A DNA stretch of 64,000 nt. It comes from Callorhinchus milii (taxonomy: Eukaryota). The translations under genes and the position numbers were made by a program. Where the stretch lies: assembly GCF_018977255.1 (NCBI RefSeq), contig NW_024704770.1, positions 3,286,001 through 3,350,000 of the forward strand, written 5' to 3'. Under the pieces are notes generated by a model. It was not told the DNA's origin. It ran no database searches and worked only from the letters and a program-made list of their open reading frames with translations. Below are positions 61,756-64,000 of this stretch, piece by piece (the first letter of the stretch is position 1; every line of letters begins with the position of its first letter).

Positions 61756-61917
61756 CACAATGGTGCAGAGCCAGGAACACTCCTCCTCCCTGATCCAGAA
61801 TGAAGTCATTCAGATCTTCCTCTAAAAACCAGAGTGTAGGGTCCTTCCAATCCATAGGTGAAACTCTATGGAGGATATGTGAGTAATGGGACCTCCAGTT
61901 TCCAGTCTTGTAATAGT
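61756..61917 (-). other. Orphan exon-like unit (162 nt, one open frame YYKTGNWRSHYSHILHRVSPMDWKDPTLWFLEEDLNDFILDQGGGVFLALHHC)
   Basis: Acceptor tttattctatttatag|ac and donor GTG|GTAAGT. Length is a multiple of 3, symmetric phase 1-1. Product not recognised. Confidence 0.35.
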
Positions 61918-64000
61918 CTATAAATAGAATAAACATACACTGTTGCAGAACTGGGTATTAGCAAGTTTTTATCCTTCTATCTTTACTAATGTTCTGTTCA
62001 TTTTGCTAAAATGAACAGATTTCTTCATTTCAAAGATTGATAATAAATGTTATTACCAGCATATTTATTGCTTATAAAATACCCAGGAGTTACATTTGAC
62101 AGCAATCCCTCGTGAAGTGCTTCAAGGCGTTTCAATCAAATGCTATCGAATGCAAGTATTATTATTTTATTGGTTCCATTACACAAGGTAGGGAAGTTAA
62201 CTCCCCTTTTAGGCACAGCCCTTTTGAAGTAAATGAAAATATTATGCTGTATCATTTAACTAAAATACTTCCGTTATTATTACCCGACACTAAAACCATT
62301 TTTCATCCCAATTTCATGCAAAGAAGCGCATGGAAGATTGATGCTCTTACGCTTCTGCAATGTTCAAGATCACATGTGCCTCTTTTATCATCTGGCTTTT
62401 GGTTTCAGTAATACACTCATTTAGAAGACGGCTTTGGTTTGTGCCAGTTGAAACAATTAACTTATTTTCCCCACAAAATGTTCTGATTGCAAACTGTTCC
62501 CAAGTGTCCATTGAAAATAGCGCAGCAATAAAATGCAATGTGTCACACAACTCTCAAAGTACAACAACTCTGTACAATTCCAGTGAAACATGATGAATGA
62601 CACAACTATTACATCATCATGCATCAAACCCAATTTTAGTCTTTTTGGTGAATTTTAGTTGAAAACACCTCAAACATTGCACAGAATAAAATCATCAATT
62701 AATCAATACTGGTTCCTCACGTCAAGAAATGCAGAGAACAATTGGGGCAATTGTCAAGCAGCGTCCATAAACTGTCAAAAAGAATGCAGGGATTATTTCA
62801 CTAAAGGAAGTCTCTGCTGGCGTCCTGGTCAACAATTGATTGCTCATTCACCTCATGGCTGTTTGTGGACCATTGCTAGCACAAATAGCTGCCATGTTTT
62901 CCTGCAAAAACAGTCACTACACTTACAGTAATTATTTGTGAAGCACTTTTGAGCTGTTTTGATGCTATAAAGGTGCAATAAAAAGCCAAATTCTTTCTTT
63001 AAATTGACAAATTACATGCAGGACTGTTGAGCGCAGAGACCTCTGGACAGTCTCTATATGATGGACCCCCAGGAAGCATCTCTATAATCATGGCTAGAAT
63101 AGTTATTTTCTCTGACAAATGTTCTTTTTATGAATATTATATTCACGTGATGCCACAAGCGTAGTCAAACGTCACTGCTATATAGTATGTATTCAATTTG
63201 TTTTATCTGTTCTTTCCCCAGGAGCTGGACTGGATTGATTCTCGTTGTGTTTCTTGGTCTCACCAACGCTGAAGTTAGGTCAGAAATCTGGCTTTTCATA
63301 TACAGCAACAACGTCCATTTATTCACGCGGGGTATCGTCCTGGAGAGCTTGACCGTGGCAAAGTCGGACCCCCGAGCCAGGGGAAGAGGGAGGGGGGAGG
63401 TGACCATAAGCACAATGAAAAAGCAAGGTCTTTAGGCAAGATTTGAAAGTGGGGAGGGAGTATACCCACTGTAACACTGAATAACAAAAAACTTCACAAT
63501 TACAATGAGAGCTAACATTGTCTTGCTGCATACACTCAAATTCAGCACAATAAAGAAATCCAAACAGGAACTCTGTGCAGTTCCAGTGACCCATATTAAA
63601 TGACCAAAACCCGACTGCTTAACTCTACACTTCTTTGGGGAGGCTGAGTGCACTCGGTATATACTGTACGAAACAACTGAAGAAACCTTTGTACAATATG
63701 TACAGAGCAGAATGAATGCGTAGTGAATTGGTTCCATCAATTATTTTGTTTCTTCTTTTGGAACAGTGATTCTCAATGCAGAGAAACAAAGGAGTGCCTA
63801 GAGTACGTTGTTAACTGTGAATCTCCAGATTATGAGGTGAGAGATGTAATTTGAAACACTGCAACAGATATGCACATGCATTCACACAAGAAGAATAATG
63901 TGTTTGGCTATTCCAAGACCAGGGAGTATTAAAATATTGTTTGATTGTTTGAACAGATCACTAATAACTAAATTCCAGCACTAAAACGTTAGACTGGTAG

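Noticed and set aside
63187-63435. + strand acceptor followed by a signal-peptide-like stretch (SWTGLILVVFLGLTNAE), or ELDW in another frame
   Set aside because: Short, runs into an L2-type tail remnant, and no partner exons identified.

Overview
Vertebrate genomic DNA, most likely from a cartilaginous fish of the chimaera/elephant-shark type. That assignment is inferred from the repeat landscape: an abundant tRNA-derived Deu-domain SINE with an L2-type tail, plus CR1 and L2 LINE remnants. There are three N gaps. The window covers the 5' multi-promoter region of a cAMP-specific phosphodiesterase 4A gene (PDE4A) on the minus strand. Three coding exons are clearly recognisable: a 42-nt start exon MKKSRSVLAVNVEE (44569-44610), its partner exon (39771-40003; PDE4A8/PDE4B1/PDE4D7-type N-terminus), and a PDE4A4/A5-type first coding exon (27970-28238). 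The latter two end in phase-2 donors, as required to join the common UCR1 exon. I did not find that exon here, so it probably lies beyond position 1. The rest is intron/promoter sequence with SINEs, LINE fragments, a palindromic MITE-like family and several tandem repeats, including a 1.5-kb CA-rich satellite and a G-rich minisatellite. No prokaryotic-type system (CRISPR, operon, etc.) is present. The most interesting leads are candidate unannotated PDE4A first exons, a possible circRNA/recursive-splicing architecture around the A8-type exons, loss of the caspase-3 site in the A4-type N-terminus, and a minisatellite built of branch-point/acceptor-like units.
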